64,000 bases of DNA from Octopus sinensis (Eukaryota): contig NC_042999.1 in assembly GCF_006345805.1 (NCBI RefSeq), forward strand, positions 166,842,001 through 166,906,000. The letters run 5' to 3'. The translations under genes were made by a program, and so were the position numbers. Numbering within the stretch: the first letter of the stretch is position 1; the number at the start of each line of letters is the position of its first letter. This document shows positions 1 through 12,310 of the stretch, one piece after another. The notes beneath the pieces were generated by a model that saw only the letters and a list, made by a program, of their open reading frames with translations, made no database searches and was not told the origin of the DNA.

Positions 1-317
1 AGGATTGCGATGCAATCAATTCATTTACTGTATTATATGGGCAAAGGTAAAATGATTTACCACAAATTACTAATACAAGATAAGAAAATGGAGAAATACA
101 TCTAAATCAATATCAATTACCAGATAATACTCAATCACATACTTTATTAAACCACCACATAAGAGACTGTAGGATTAAATATAAAAGCAGAACAAATCAG
201 TGTACATAAAGGAATGTACATAAAAAAGTGTACATAAAAGAGTAATGTTGTATAATAAGTAGAATATATATAAAAGAGAATATAAATATAAGTAAATATA
301 AATATAAGTATAGGTTA

Positions 318-438
318 CATCTTACAGCTGTTTCGGCCATGTAGATAAGTATGTCTCATTTTACCAATATTAGCCCTTTATGGTTGGTCAATATATAGAT
401 ATAAATGAAACATTTACAAAAATATCATAAGGCCTCTT
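318..438 (-). ncRNA. Truncated type I hammerhead ribozyme remnant (PLE terminal repeat type)
   Basis: Minus strand reads AAGA-GGCC...GGCC-GAAA-CAGCTG-TA-agatg: 4-bp stem II base, palindromic stem III ACAGCTGT, GUA triplet. The CUG of the core is replaced by adjacent LINE sequence. Confidence 0.55.
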
Positions 439-760
439 ATATCTCTCCCGCCTTCGCTCCAGGGAGAAGAATTTTAATACTTTCAGTCTTTCCCAGTAGC
501 TGATATGTTGCATTGAGATGATCTTCTTAGTGTAGATTCTTTGAATTGCTTCGAGTTCTGCTGTTAGCTTTATATTGTGTGGTGACCATAGTTTGGAGCA
601 GTAGTCCAAGCGGCTGAGGACGAATGTCCTCCAAAGGACCGTCAGTGTCTCCTTCTCTCTTGTTCAGAAAGCTCGGAGAATCCATCCAGCTAGGCGTCTG
701 CATTTTATTACCAAATTGGCAATATTCACTTGGAAAGATGCATCATTGTTCATGTCAATA
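439..760 (-). mobile_element. CR1/L2-like LINE fragment, C-terminal part of RT ORF
   Basis: Translates to LDYCSKLWSP...LEAIQRIYTKKI...YWERLKVLKFFSLERRRERY; aligns by eye to about 48850-49160 of the LINE at 45.7-49.6 kb. Confidence 0.85.
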
Positions 761-813
761 TATATACGAGTATATATATATATATATATATTATATATGA
801 GTATATATATATG

Positions 814-925
814 TTCATTTATTTGTTTCAGTCATTTGACTTGGGCCATGCTGGAGCACAGCCTTTAGTCGAACAAATCGAACCCAGATCTTATTCTTTA
901 TTAACCTAATATTTATTCTATCGGT
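814..925 (-). mobile_element. SINE 3' fragment (abundant tRNA-derived family)
   Basis: tttcagtcatttgac...ggccatgctggagcac matches the reverse complement of the SINE tail at 51555-51593. Confidence 0.75.
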
Positions 926-1100
926 ACACATCAAAGAGAACATGCAGACAGTTCTGTCCATTGTATTTGGGGGTATATTTCAAATGCCTTCGTTTTGGTG
1001 CGCCAAAGCTGGATGTGACTCTGCAGAAAATAATTTTCTGCATCAAAGCCCGCCGGTTAGAGAACATGGTATTTAAATTTAAATAATAAGGGTCATCCCT

Positions 1101-1168
<68 letters not shown>

Positions 1169-1179
1169 ATATATATGTT

Positions 1180-3392
1180 GACTGGTCCTTTACACAACAC
1201 ACATCTCCACCAACCATAAAACATCTTGGCAGATCTTTGTAGACACCGTCACAGACATATGTGCAAAACACTCCCCACCAAGACCTGTGAACAAAAAGTG
1301 CAGAATCCCCCAAAACAGAAAAACCATTATCAGAAAAATAAAAAGAACAAACAAAAAATTAACAAACTAAAGTACTGCCAACAGCAACACACACATTCGA
1401 CGGCTATCGCACTGCTTGAATCCAAAAAATATAACCTCCAACAATGCATGAAGACCCTCATCAATAACCAAAGATCAGCTGAGGAGAAGTGGGCCATTGA
1501 AAAATCAAACAACCCCAAAGTGTTCTTTTCATTTGCGAGGAAACGCAGGGTCACTGTCTCCATTGTTGGCCCTCTAATTGATGAAACTGGCACTCTCCAA
1601 GATAATGCCAAATCCATGGCCGAGATACTGCAGAAACAATACTGCTCTGTTTTCAGCAATCCTGATATGGCCGATCTGGGCTGTATCAGTGATGTCAACC
1701 CCCTACACACTATATCGGACATAACGTTTAGTGCCCCTGATGTCTTAGGCGGCGATAAACGAAATAAAACATTCAGCAGTAGGCCCCGATAGGTTCCCTG
1801 CTTGTGTCCTGAAGGTGTGTCGACACCAACTTGCATCTCCCCTTGCTAATCTGTGGAGAAACTCACTGGATGCTGGCTATATTCAAAAAACCTTCTGTCC
1901 AGTCTGTTGTCCCAGTTTTCAAAAAGGGAAACAAGTCCCTTGCAGTGAACTACCGTCCGATCTCACTCACCTCTCATATCATCAAGGTATTTGAGAGGGT
2001 GGTGAGATCTCGAATAACCCAATTTCTGGAAAGCAACAGACGGCTGATCTCCAACCAACATGGGTTCCGTAATGGAAGGGACGCCTAACGCAGCTCCTGC
2101 ATCACTTTGATGACATTTTGAGAGCTTTGGGAGAGGCTCCAACACCGATGTCATCTACCTTGATTTCAGTAAGGCCTTCGACAGGGTCGATCACAAGATC
2201 CTATTGAAAAAACTATCCAACATTGGTGTCTCTGGAAAGTTACTGAAATGGATCAAGTGTTTCCTGACAGACAGATCTCAACATGTTTGTAGTTGAAGGG
2301 GTAAAATCAAGCCCAGCCAAAGTCAGTAGTGGCGTTCCGCAAGGCACTGTGCTGGGCCCACTTCTTTTCATCATTTACATTAATGACATTAATGACATCA
2401 TCAAGCACAGCAACATAAAAATCTTTGCAGATGATTCCAAGCTACAGAAGGTCATAAATGAGGCGAGTGACCAGCATGCCTTCAGTCACATCTACTGGCT
2501 GTTATCCAATGGGCAGAAAAAAACAATATGCTGCTGAACGAGGATAAATTTGAGTTAATCCACTTTGGAAAAGAGGATGCCCTGAAACTCCCATACTCCC
2601 TTCCTTTAGGTGAAACTCTCGCGGCGTCAACAACATCAGAGACTTGGGAGTAATTGTGGACAACAACATAAGCTGGGCCACTCATATAAACACCAAAGTT
2701 GACATGGCCCGCAGAATGTGTTCCTGGATTCTCAGAACTTTCCAGTCGAGAGAATCCACACCATTATCCTTCTCTTCTCCACTTTTGCCCGACCCCACCT
2801 TGAATACTGTTGTCCACTGTGGTCTCCCCACACAATACAAGGTATCATAAAAGTTGAAGCACCTCAAAGGGCAATCACAAGAAAGATAGATGGCATGACA
2901 GGCCTCGACTATTGGGGTCGACTAGAAAAGCTAAAACTCTATTCTCTCCAACGTCGTCGTGAGCGCTACATCATCTGCATGATGTGGAAAATATTCCATC
3001 AGCATTGCCCAAATGATGTTGGCATCACCTTAAGGTACATCCAAGGCTTGGGCCCCGTTGCCATCCGCCCAAAAAAAATCGCACTCTCATCTCATAACAA
3101 CAAACGGCACAATTATTTCACCTCAATGGCCCCGCTCTCTTTAACATTACACCAAAACACATTAAAAACGAAACTGACCCTATAGGGTTCAAGAAGTCTT
3201 TGGACAGATTCCTTCAAGAAATCCCGGATAAACCCCCTACACCCGGATATGTCTCTGTAAACAATAACTCTCTACTTGAGTGGGCCATAGTGCCCAAATC
3301 CTACTTGAAAGACTTCACCAGGTGGTGCTATTAAGTTAGACATGGTCTGGGCCAATAATGGCCGAAACCTATCAAAGTATCAAAGTATCAAA

Positions 3393-3395
<3 letters not shown>
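1180..3395 (+). mobile_element. 5'-truncated CR1-like LINE (decayed ORF2 RT region) with (CAAAGTAT)n tail
   Basis: RT motifs NYRPISLTS, QHGFRNGR, GVPQGTVLGPLLF, FADDSKL, RPHLEYC, LQRRRER spread over several frames; ends in a ggcc-aataat-ggcc hairpin plus 8-bp tandem tail; (TA)n on both sides. Confidence 0.9.
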
Positions 3396-3450
<55 letters not shown>

Positions 3451-3517
3451 TATATATAGATATATATATATATATATATACATACATACATATATATGTA
3501 GATATACAGTATATATA

Positions 3518-3560
<43 letters not shown>

Positions 3561-3610
3561 GTATATAGTATAATATATATATATATATATATATCTATAT
3601 ATATCTATAT

Positions 3611-3760
3611 ATACACGACGGGCTTCTTTCAGGTTTCGTCTACCAAATTCACTCACAAGGCTTTGGTCCGGGCGAGGCTATACTAGAAGACACTTGCCCA
3701 AGGTGCCACGCATTGGGACTGGACCCGGAACAATGTGATTAGCAAGATACTTCCCACACA
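3611..3760 (-). mobile_element. SINE 5' half (tRNA-derived head)
   Basis: Reverse complement matches 51230-51370 (cccactgcgtggcaccttgggcaagtgtcttc...aaagaagcccgtcg). Confidence 0.8.
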
Positions 3761-4213
3761 ATTTTTAAGGTTCATTCATTATTTTTATTTTTATTCATTG
3801 ATTTGTAAAGTAAAATTATGTTAACGATTTTTAGTGTAATAATTTCATTTATCATAGAGTTATATACGATATAGATAGAGTAATAGATGTATAGAATCCA
3901 GACCTGAAGATTGGGAGTACGTCTATCTAATTCAATATTGAAACTAGAGACCTTATATCGCAACAATACCGACGTACTGTCATGAAACAAGTATTGTCTT
4001 TAAAAGGAAAAGTATGGGATTCTGAATAAATATAGTATCATATTTAATATTTTATGGCTCGGTCGGGTATAATATATTTCAATGTTGATTGAGTTGAGGG
4101 TGGCTCTGTCTCTAAAGCTACTTATATATATATATGAATAAAATATCGAGAGAAGTTCACTTTAGTACCTTTAATTTGAATGTCTCATTCCTGTGGATTC
4201 GGATTAATCTTCC

Positions 4214-4256
<43 letters not shown>

Positions 4257-4316
4257 ATATATATAATCTATATAACGTATAATATATATATAATATACAT
4301 GTTAATCTCTCAGTGA

Positions 4317-4778
4317 GATATAAACAGTAGCAATACGGAATCGCAACACCTAATTGCCAACTAAATGAGGCGTCCTATACGGGACAGTGTTATAGCCCCA
4401 GAAACACATGTCTTCCAACTGGCTAACGACACACATTCTGTGTCCGATTTGTATTTGCGAAAGGACATCGTTCCCATCTGTAGCCTTACATGATATACAC
4501 GGACTCGAGTTTCTGGGTGGTTACCCTTCCTCAGTGTGTGTTACTCACTAGCTAGTGATGAAAACACATTCCACTCGCAAAATACTATATGCGTTTTACA
4601 ACGACAAACTGTCGCTGATCTAGAAAAAGGAGAAACAAATATTTATTAACTTTTTGAACGCGATATAATCAGTAGCATTGCGGAATCGTAACATATAATT
4701 GTCAACGAAGTGTCTTCCTGGGGCTATAAACGTCAGTAGCACTGTCCCTTATAGGACGCCACACTTGGTTCGCAATTA
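4317..4778 (-). mobile_element. Non-coding HHR-bearing mini-element: 345-bp monomer, 45-bp terminal redundancy and inverted fragment
   Basis: Direct repeat 4317-4361/4662-4706 (38/45 identical); inverted repeat 4351-4408/4710-4778 (10-bp insert in the right arm); HHR motif at 4497-4539. Confidence 0.7.
4497..4539 (-). ncRNA. Type I hammerhead ribozyme motif, near intact
   Basis: acaca-CTGAGGA-A-GGGT-aacc-ACCC-A-GAAA-CTCGAG-TC-cgtgt: canonical core, 4-bp stem II, palindromic stem III ACTCGAGT, GUC triplet; stem I has 4 bp with the first pair mismatched. Confidence 0.75.
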
Positions 4779-4883
4779 TATATTATATAAACATATATAA
4801 ATATATGCATATATAAATATATATGCATATATACATAGATATATGTACATACCTACATATATATGTATATATACATGCATATA

Positions 4884-5500
4884 TGTCGCAGGACGTTAAA
4901 AAACGGGAACAAAATGAGAAACAGGAATATAGAAAACAAAAACATGGAAAACTAACTTTTTTTCGAACAACGAAAGAAACGAATAGAGAAACGAGACATG
5001 CAACATAAAGAACATTTCCTTCATCAGCTGTTCCCTGTTTTATCGACTCCACGTTTCGAACGTAGCAACAAAACGCGACTTCGTTAAAACAGTCGTTCTC
5101 GCAAAGAAAATTTTTAAAATTTGGGATTTGCAGAGGGTTAAAGTGGTGACAAAAACAAGACAGTGAGAAGGAAACAGTAAAAACAAACGGTAAGGACTTA
5201 AGCCATAACGAGGTGAAGTTGTGAACGCTGGAGAAACGAGCTTTGAGAAGAGACAGGCAAAAGCACGTCTTGTCTTTAGGAAAGAAGTGTGAGAAAGAAA
5301 GATAGATAGCCATTGCTTACGTGTGAGCATCGAGCGAGTTAAGGAGGAAGAGTGAGGGAGAGAGAGGAACGGTGAAGGAGAGAGGAGAAGAATTAGAGAA
5401 AGGGTGGGAGAGAAAAACAGAAAGGAAGAACAAGAGAGTGAGGTAGAATAGAGTTAGGTTGTAGTGTGCGCATCGGAATTATTAAAAGAAAACTTACTTG
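4884..5500. repeat. Dispersed PLE-terminus-like repeat, copy 1
   Basis: Colinear similarity with 15721-16365 (caggacgt..., cttcatcag, tttgggattt, GA-rich body, aaaacttacttggaa); contains the reverse complements of CTGATGA and CGAAAC. Confidence 0.6.
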
Positions 5501-5907
5501 GAAATGGATTTCAATTTCAAAATTTGTTTAATTAGATATATATAGATAAAAAATCCCATCCCCGACTTACAGTTTACACATATCTATACATATATGTATA
5601 ATGCACAAACAGAATGTCACACGTTCACTCTGGCACTTTCTTTCTCACTACCATTTTGTTCCTCCTCTGCATCGAAAACTAAATGCAACATCGAAATTTT
5701 ACTGTGGTTATTTCTCTTTGATTTAACAATCTGTCGATGTATTTATCTATCTACTAGTGTTCCGTTTCACAGAAGACAAGTATCTATCTACTTGTGTTCC
5801 GTATAGATATGTGTCTACCTATCTGTAAACACAGAGAATGTCTCACGTTCACACACACACACACACACACACCACACACACACACACTGACATCTGGATA
5901 TATGATA

Positions 5908-7990
5908 CTGACATCTGAATGGTCAAACAGCTATTTCAAAACCCAGTTATAGTGCTGTAGGAGCTGTGTGAGGCAGCTTCTTCCTGAACGGAAGCCATGC
6001 TGAGTATTGTTCGGTCATTTTCTTCTAAGAAAATTATCAACTTCTTTCTGATGATTCGCTCCATGACTTTATTGAAATGTGAAGTCAGAGAGATTAACCT
6101 GTAGTTTTTGGCCTCTGCTCTGCTTCCACCTTTGTGGATAGGGCATATAATGCCTTCTTCCAGATGTTTAGGAAGTATAACACCTGCAAGGAAATTTCGG
6201 AAAAGTATCTGAAGTGGTTTCGCTAAACCCTGCTTACATGACTTTAGGAGAATAGCTGGGAAGCCATCAGGACCAGTGGCGGAACATCAGCTCATTTCAT
6301 CTATGGCCGCTGTTACATCGGTTTCCGCAATATTGATGTAATCAATGGCTGGCGCCTGTTTTTTAGAGCTGCAAAATCAAAGAATTCAGCTAGATTTTTT
6401 TATCTGCATGTCCCAGGAGGGAAGTGAAGACACTTTTAAATTGTTCACTTATCCTTCCTGCCGTTCACATTATGGATAAGGTCCAGATTATTTGTGAAGC
6501 ATAAGTACAATATGTTGTTTCCCTTTATAGGTCTGAGCATCACTTGTTCTATGAACAGTTTATTTGTCAGTTCAAATAATGACTCTATATGCTTTTGTTC
6601 ATGCAGTGATATCCCAGAGAGGATGTGGCCTTTTGGCCATTTGACATGTGGAAGGTTGAAATCACCCAGGAAAAGTACGTTGATGTTCTGGTCAAAGTTT
6701 GTTAATACCTCTTTGATGTATCTGAGGCTATCCTCAAATTTTCCATCATATCGGCGGACGATATATTGTGCGTACAGCTACACCAGCTTGCTTTTCATGC
6801 ATTATTTCATGCATTATTAAGGTTTGAGTTTGAAAGTAACAATAATACGAGAGATGTGGTATCTTCCTGGTTATACATAGCAACTCCACCGTGGCTTCTT
6901 TCTGTTCTGTCCGTACCAAGTACAGCATGTGCGCTTCCGCATCTGTTTCATTAGGGGATAGATGCGTTTCAGTGAGTGCCAAACATATTGCTTGATTGCA
7001 TGTAGCAAGCTCTTTTAGATAAAAAATGTATCTCTGTTGCTGAGTTGTAGCAGACCTCCAATGTTCAGAAGGAATATGGGTACGATATCAGAGTAGGTGT
7101 TAGTGGTGGCCATCCCGGACCTGTCACCTGAGCCGGTCTTGTGCATGAGAATGCATGGCTTTGTGTTTGCATCCCGTGCATCCATGTCCGCTACTGTACT
7201 ATCTTTTGAGCCATGTTCAAAAAAGACTGTTGTTCGATAGCTGCAGTTCGTATAGCCACTGCATATTACCTTTTGAGGGGTGCAAAATGCATGCGTTGAT
7301 CTCTTTTCCTATTCTTTTGAGACGTGTTTCTTCCAGTCGGTGCACTACTCGTCTGCAGAACCATGCTTGATGGTTTCCCTCTATGCTTTTGCTGGTTTTG
7401 TTTCAGGTTTCCCTGCTTGATGTTCCAGTAAGTTTAGGGATGGGCAAAGCTGCAGCTCTCTCCCGTTTCTCCATACAACCTGGGCTCTGTCAGTTTCTAT
7501 CTGCTTCTTCGTTTTTCCTTTTGGCATTTCGGGCTTCTGTCCTTTTTCTTGTCTTTCCTGTTACTTTTGGACATCAGGGCTTCAGTTTTCCTGGCTGTGT
7601 CAGTTTTTTGTCTGCCTCTGTTTATCACGACAGTCCAGCTTTGACTATTCTTATTGCAGCTGTTGTGCTGTCAGTTTTATTTTGGGGCCAGTGGTGTTCG
7701 CAAAATATTTTTCAGTGCTGTATTTGGGGTCAGTAATGTTCGCTTCACAAGAGCATAGGAGCATATGAACTCGTGTTCGTTTGAACGATCTGTGCCTTGG
7801 ACTTATGATAACCATAGCTTTTCAAGGCCGACGCAATCAGATCGTTGCACGGGGAAACCTCATTCATATTCCAACCTTCAATAAAGGGACGGAGCTCCTC
7901 CAACTGCCAGTTTCGACGCATCTTTTGTATTGTTTGCCTGAATCTGACTCTAGATGAATTTGCGGTTATTCGTGTTCATCTGTTGATTTT
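5908..7990 (-). mobile_element. CR1/L2-like LINE, 5' half (ORF1, APE endonuclease, start of RT), decayed
   Basis: Minus strand gives ORF1 similar to 45763-46640 (LKSYGY, SYAL, SFLNMAQKIVQ), APE motifs LTETHL, YRPP, GDFNLP, SDHN, and RT motifs GPDGF and QHGFRSGRSCLTQLLQHY. Confidence 0.85.
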
Positions 7991-8003
7991 TTATAGAATA
8001 AAG

Positions 8004-8069
<66 letters not shown>

Positions 8070-8457
8070 GTAATAGGGTGTTTGCGAGAATGATGCGGTA
8101 GTTTGTGTCGAAGTGTGTCGAAGTTTGTGTCGAAAAGATAATGATAATAGAATATGAAATAAGGAGTCTGAAACAAGAGGTGTCGTTATGTGTAGGAGAG
8201 AAATAAGGTGGTCTGTAATAGGGTGGGTGAAAGAGAGTAAAAGGTATCGTAGAGTGCTAAGATGGTTCTAAAATAGGGTACTCAACGTAGGTGAAAAAAA
8301 TCGAAATACATAACTTAAGGAACGCCCAGAGAGAACGAGAGAGAATGTTTAAGGAGAGAAAATGAAAGACAGAGTCTAGAATCTGTACACACATACACAC
8401 ACACACACATTTATATACATATATAGTTAATCGAAATATATACCTTTAGGAACGTCA

Positions 8458-8490
<33 letters not shown>

Positions 8491-8619
8491 TAGAGAGAGA
8501 GAGAGAGAGAGAATGAGAGAGAGAGAGAGAAAGAAAGAAAGAACATTTAAGGAGATGATCGAGAAATATTTAACTCTAGGAAAGTTAAAGAGAATATATG
8601 TAAATATATATATACTCTT

Positions 8620-9020
8620 TTACTCTTTTACTTGTTTCAGTCATTTGACTGCGGCCATGCTGGAGCACCGCCTTAGTCGAGTAATCGACCCCGGGAATTA
8701 TTCTTTGTAAGCCAAGTACTTATTTATCGGTCTCTTTTGCCGAACTGCTAAGTGACGGGGACACGTAAACACACCAGCATCGGTTGTCAAGCAATGCAGG
8801 GAGACAAACACAGACACACAAGCACCACACACATGCATATACATAATATATACATATAAGACGGGGATTCTTCAGTTCCGTCTACCAAATCCACTCACAA
8901 GGCATTGGTCGGCCCGGGGGCTATAGCAGAAGACACTTGCCCAAGATGCCACGCAGTGGGACTGAACCCGGAACCATGTGGTTGGTTAGCAAGCTACTTA
9001 CCACACAGCCACCCCTGCGC
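8620..9020 (-). mobile_element. Full-length tRNA-derived SINE
   Basis: Reverse complement aligns end to end with the copy at 51207-51620. Confidence 0.85.
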
Positions 9021-9189
9021 CTTATATATATATATATAAATCAATAAATGGTGGGGTTGCGTTGACCGCACGTGGAGAATGATAGGCAAGGAAAAATTAT
9101 AAAAAGGCAGAATGCTAAATTGAAGGTAAATTTTAATGAAAATGGGTGTATGGAAAATTTTAAAAAATAAAAAAAAAAATATATATATT

Positions 9190-9231
9190 AATTCAAACCG
9201 GTTTTCATTGCAATGCGACTTTTCAAGAATT
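9190..9231 (-). ncRNA. Minimal hammerhead motif, decayed copy in inverted pLTR arm
   Basis: aattc-TTGAAAA-GTCGC-att-GCAAT-GAAA-ACCGGT-TT-gaatt; same as 10443-10484 but stem II is disrupted. Confidence 0.55.
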
Positions 9232-9866
9232 ATAAGGTGAAAAGAATTTTTTTTTTTTTAATGAGGAGGGGGAAAAAGAAAATTACATTGTTTTTTGCAA
9301 AAAAATAATAAACATATACAAAAATTAAAAAATAGGTACACCGATACATTGGAAAAATTACCTCGGAGGATTAAGATCCATATAATTAAATCCATGTGGT
9401 GTTTAATTTAGGATGTTTGTTAAATGAATCCCCTTCCTACTTGAAGGCTCTGAATTTATCTTCAAACAAGGAACAAAGTTTAAAATCAAGGCCAACTTCT
9501 CCTGTTCCTCCGAGAACCTTATCTACGTCCTCGCATGCGCCGGTTGCCAACATAATTATGTTGGACAAACGAGCCTCCCTTTACGTAAAAGAGTAGCGGT
9601 CCATAAAGAACAAATAAATCTCCCAGAATACCGTGCGCTAAAGACAAAAATCTCAAATTTTACGTATTCCCCTCCTACCAATGTAAAGACGGAATCACCA
9701 CACAATGAAGAAGGAGAATCTTTTTATTGAAAAATTCAAAACGCATCTTAATATGCAAACTCCACGATAATCATACCTCTTTTTCCTACCTCATTCTTCA
9801 TGGATCTACTAATACAAATATATAAGGATATCATGCAGTTATCACTTCAAGCTAAAACTTATATTC

Positions 9867-9924
<58 letters not shown>

Positions 9925-10442
9925 TTTATTATATATGACATAACAATCTGAAATGAAATTATAAATTGGTTTGTGTAAATTTATATAATTAGAAAACAAT
10001 ATAAATAAAGTGTTAAAATCTGAATGTTAAGTTAGCAAACAATTATAATAAAAAAAGATAATGCAAATGAAACTAAAATGATAATTTTATAATTTAAGGT
10101 TTATTAACATCCTATCTTACAAAAAATTGATAATCCCAGTTGAAGAGCATAAAATCCACAGAGTTGTCTCCCCTTACTCACAGGAACTGGATAACTCCTA
10201 CCCCATTTCCTGTTTTGACATTCAGTTAACAAACATCCTAAATTAAACACCACATGGATTTAATCACATGGATCTTAATCCTCCAACCATCATTGAACTC
10301 GATATACACAAAGACTTTACAATGTATCGGTGTACCTATTTTTTAATTTTTGTATATGTTTATTATTTTTTTGCAAAATACAATGTAATTTTATTTTTTT
10401 CCCCCTCCTCAATTATAAAAAAAAATTTTCTTTTCACCTTAC

Positions 10443-10484
10443 AATTTTTGAAAAGTCGCATTGCGACGAAAACCGGTTTGAATT
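10443..10484 (+). ncRNA. Minimal type I hammerhead ribozyme with U3-A8 core variant
   Basis: aattt-TTGAAAA-GTCGC-att-GCGAC-GAAA-ACCGGT-TT-gaatt: 5-bp stem I (one G-U), 5-bp stem II, palindromic stem III AACCGGTT, UUU triplet. Confidence 0.7.
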
Positions 10485-10587
10485 AATATATATATTTTAA
10501 AAAGAATTTTTCTAAATTTTCCATACACTCATTTTCATTAAAATTTACCTTCAATTAAGCATTCTGCCTTTTTATAATTTTTCCTTG

Positions 10588-10632
<45 letters not shown>

Positions 10633-10687
10633 TATATATATATATATAGATATATATATATATATATATAATATCTATATAATATAT

Positions 10688-10721
<34 letters not shown>

Positions 10722-10936
10722 ATATATATATATATATATAGTATATAATATATAATATATATATATATAATATATCTATCGACATAATATATATGTATGT
10801 ATATCTATATATATCAAGATATATATATGTATTATATATATGGATATGAAATGGAGTCGAACGAAGAGTTAACAAATTCCTTTACTCTCGACATATGTTG
10901 TTCGAGACAGCATGTTTTCATTCCAAAGGAATAAAC

Positions 10937-10991
<55 letters not shown>

Positions 10992-11000
10992 TATATAATT

Positions 11001-11390
11001 TCTTTTATTCTTGTATTTGTTTCAGTTCTTTCACTGTGCCTGCGGCATGCTGAAGCACCGCCTTTAGTCGAACAAATTGACCCAGGACTTTTCTTTGTAA
11101 GCTTACTACATATTATATCGGTCTCTTTTACCGAATCGCTAGTTGGCGGGGGGTTGTAAACACACCAGCATCGGTTGTAAAGCGATAGTAGGGGGACAAA
11201 CAGACACTGAAACACACATACACACACATATCCGACGGGCTTTTTCAGTTTTCATTTATGAAATCCACTCACAAGGCTTTGGTCAGGCCGAGGCTATAGT
11301 AGAAGACATTTACCCGAGGTACCATGCAGTGGGACTGAACCCGAAACCATGTGGTTGGTAAGAAAGCTACTGACCACACAGCTACACCTA
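11001..11390 (-). mobile_element. tRNA-derived SINE, near full length
   Basis: Reverse complement aligns with 51207-51620. Confidence 0.85.
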
Positions 11391-11713
11391 TATATATAAT
11401 ATATTTGTATGTATGTATATGCGTATATATATACATATATATATAATACTTATATATACACATAGCATGTATATAATAATTATATATATAATATTATATA
11501 TATATAAAACAAGTATATATAAATTATATATATATATTATGTTATATAATTATATTACATATATATATATATATCATATGCATATATATTATATATTATA
11601 TATATTATTATATATATAGATATATATTATACAATATATTTATATATTATATATATTTATGTATATTATATATATTATATATATATTATATTTATTATAT
11701 TTTATATATATAA

Positions 11714-11744
<31 letters not shown>

Positions 11745-12310
11745 ATTGGACATGGGCGATCGTTGTATTCTTTCTTGTCTTGAGGTTCACAGCCAAACGG
11801 CTGGGTGGATTTGCATGAAAAATGGCACACATGTGGAGACGAGTGCATAGATTGGAATGCGGATTGTATTTTTGTCCTAATCGATTAAAGCTCTTTCTAA
11901 TGGAATTCCCCTGTTTGTTCCGCCATTAAAACAACCAGTTGCTTACACAGTTGGCATATACCATTTCGCTAGCAACAAGGGGAGTATAGGATGACAGTCA
12001 GCCAAAACTTTCGCTATGCTGTCTCTCTTCTTTCACTTCTTTGTGGGTTTAATAATCTCAATCTTTAGTTACAGTTTCTTATTCAAACTATATAATAGGC
12101 AGAATTGTTGGATTAAGACTGTAGGGTGTTTTGAGGGAGATTTGGCTGCTATTTCTACCAGATCCAGCTACCTTGGGGAGGTCTAAACTTAATTTTCATT
12201 CACATATTTGGATTTAAAAATTTAACATAATCTTTTCCATAAATCAACTATCGTAAAAAATTTTATACGATGATCTCACATTTTCTATGTATGTGTGTGT
12301 ACCTTAAAAG

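Larger units (their letters stand above)
9082..10592 (+). mobile_element. Penelope-like element remnant: GIY-YIG endonuclease, 3' pseudo-LTR and 5' inverted pLTR
   Basis: From 9446 it translates to FKIKANFSCSSENLIYVLACAGCQHNYVGQTSLPLRKRVAVHKEQI (GIY-YIG); inverted repeat 9082-9429/10220-10592. Confidence 0.85.

Noticed and set aside
3345-3395. ggcc-aataat-ggcc-GAAAC at the CR1 3' end resembling an HHR 3' half
   Set aside because: No CUGANGA core upstream; better explained as the LINE 3' recognition hairpin before the tandem tail.
3342-3686. Many 60-200 aa ORFs rich in IY, HT, CV, LS or N repeats (also 15402-15845, 22429-23218, 32224-33710, 62872-63265)
   Set aside because: They are translations of (TA)n, (CA)n, (GA)n and (AAT)n microsatellites, not genes.
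3895-4000. gac-CTGAAGA...GAAAC strings on the + strand
   Set aside because: Stems I and II do not pair consistently with either downstream GAAAC.
6530-6552. TGAGCATCACTTG resembling the GCH1 CEHHL-coding exon
   Set aside because: Lies inside the minus-strand LINE, lacks the Cys codon and has no splice sites or flanking similarity.
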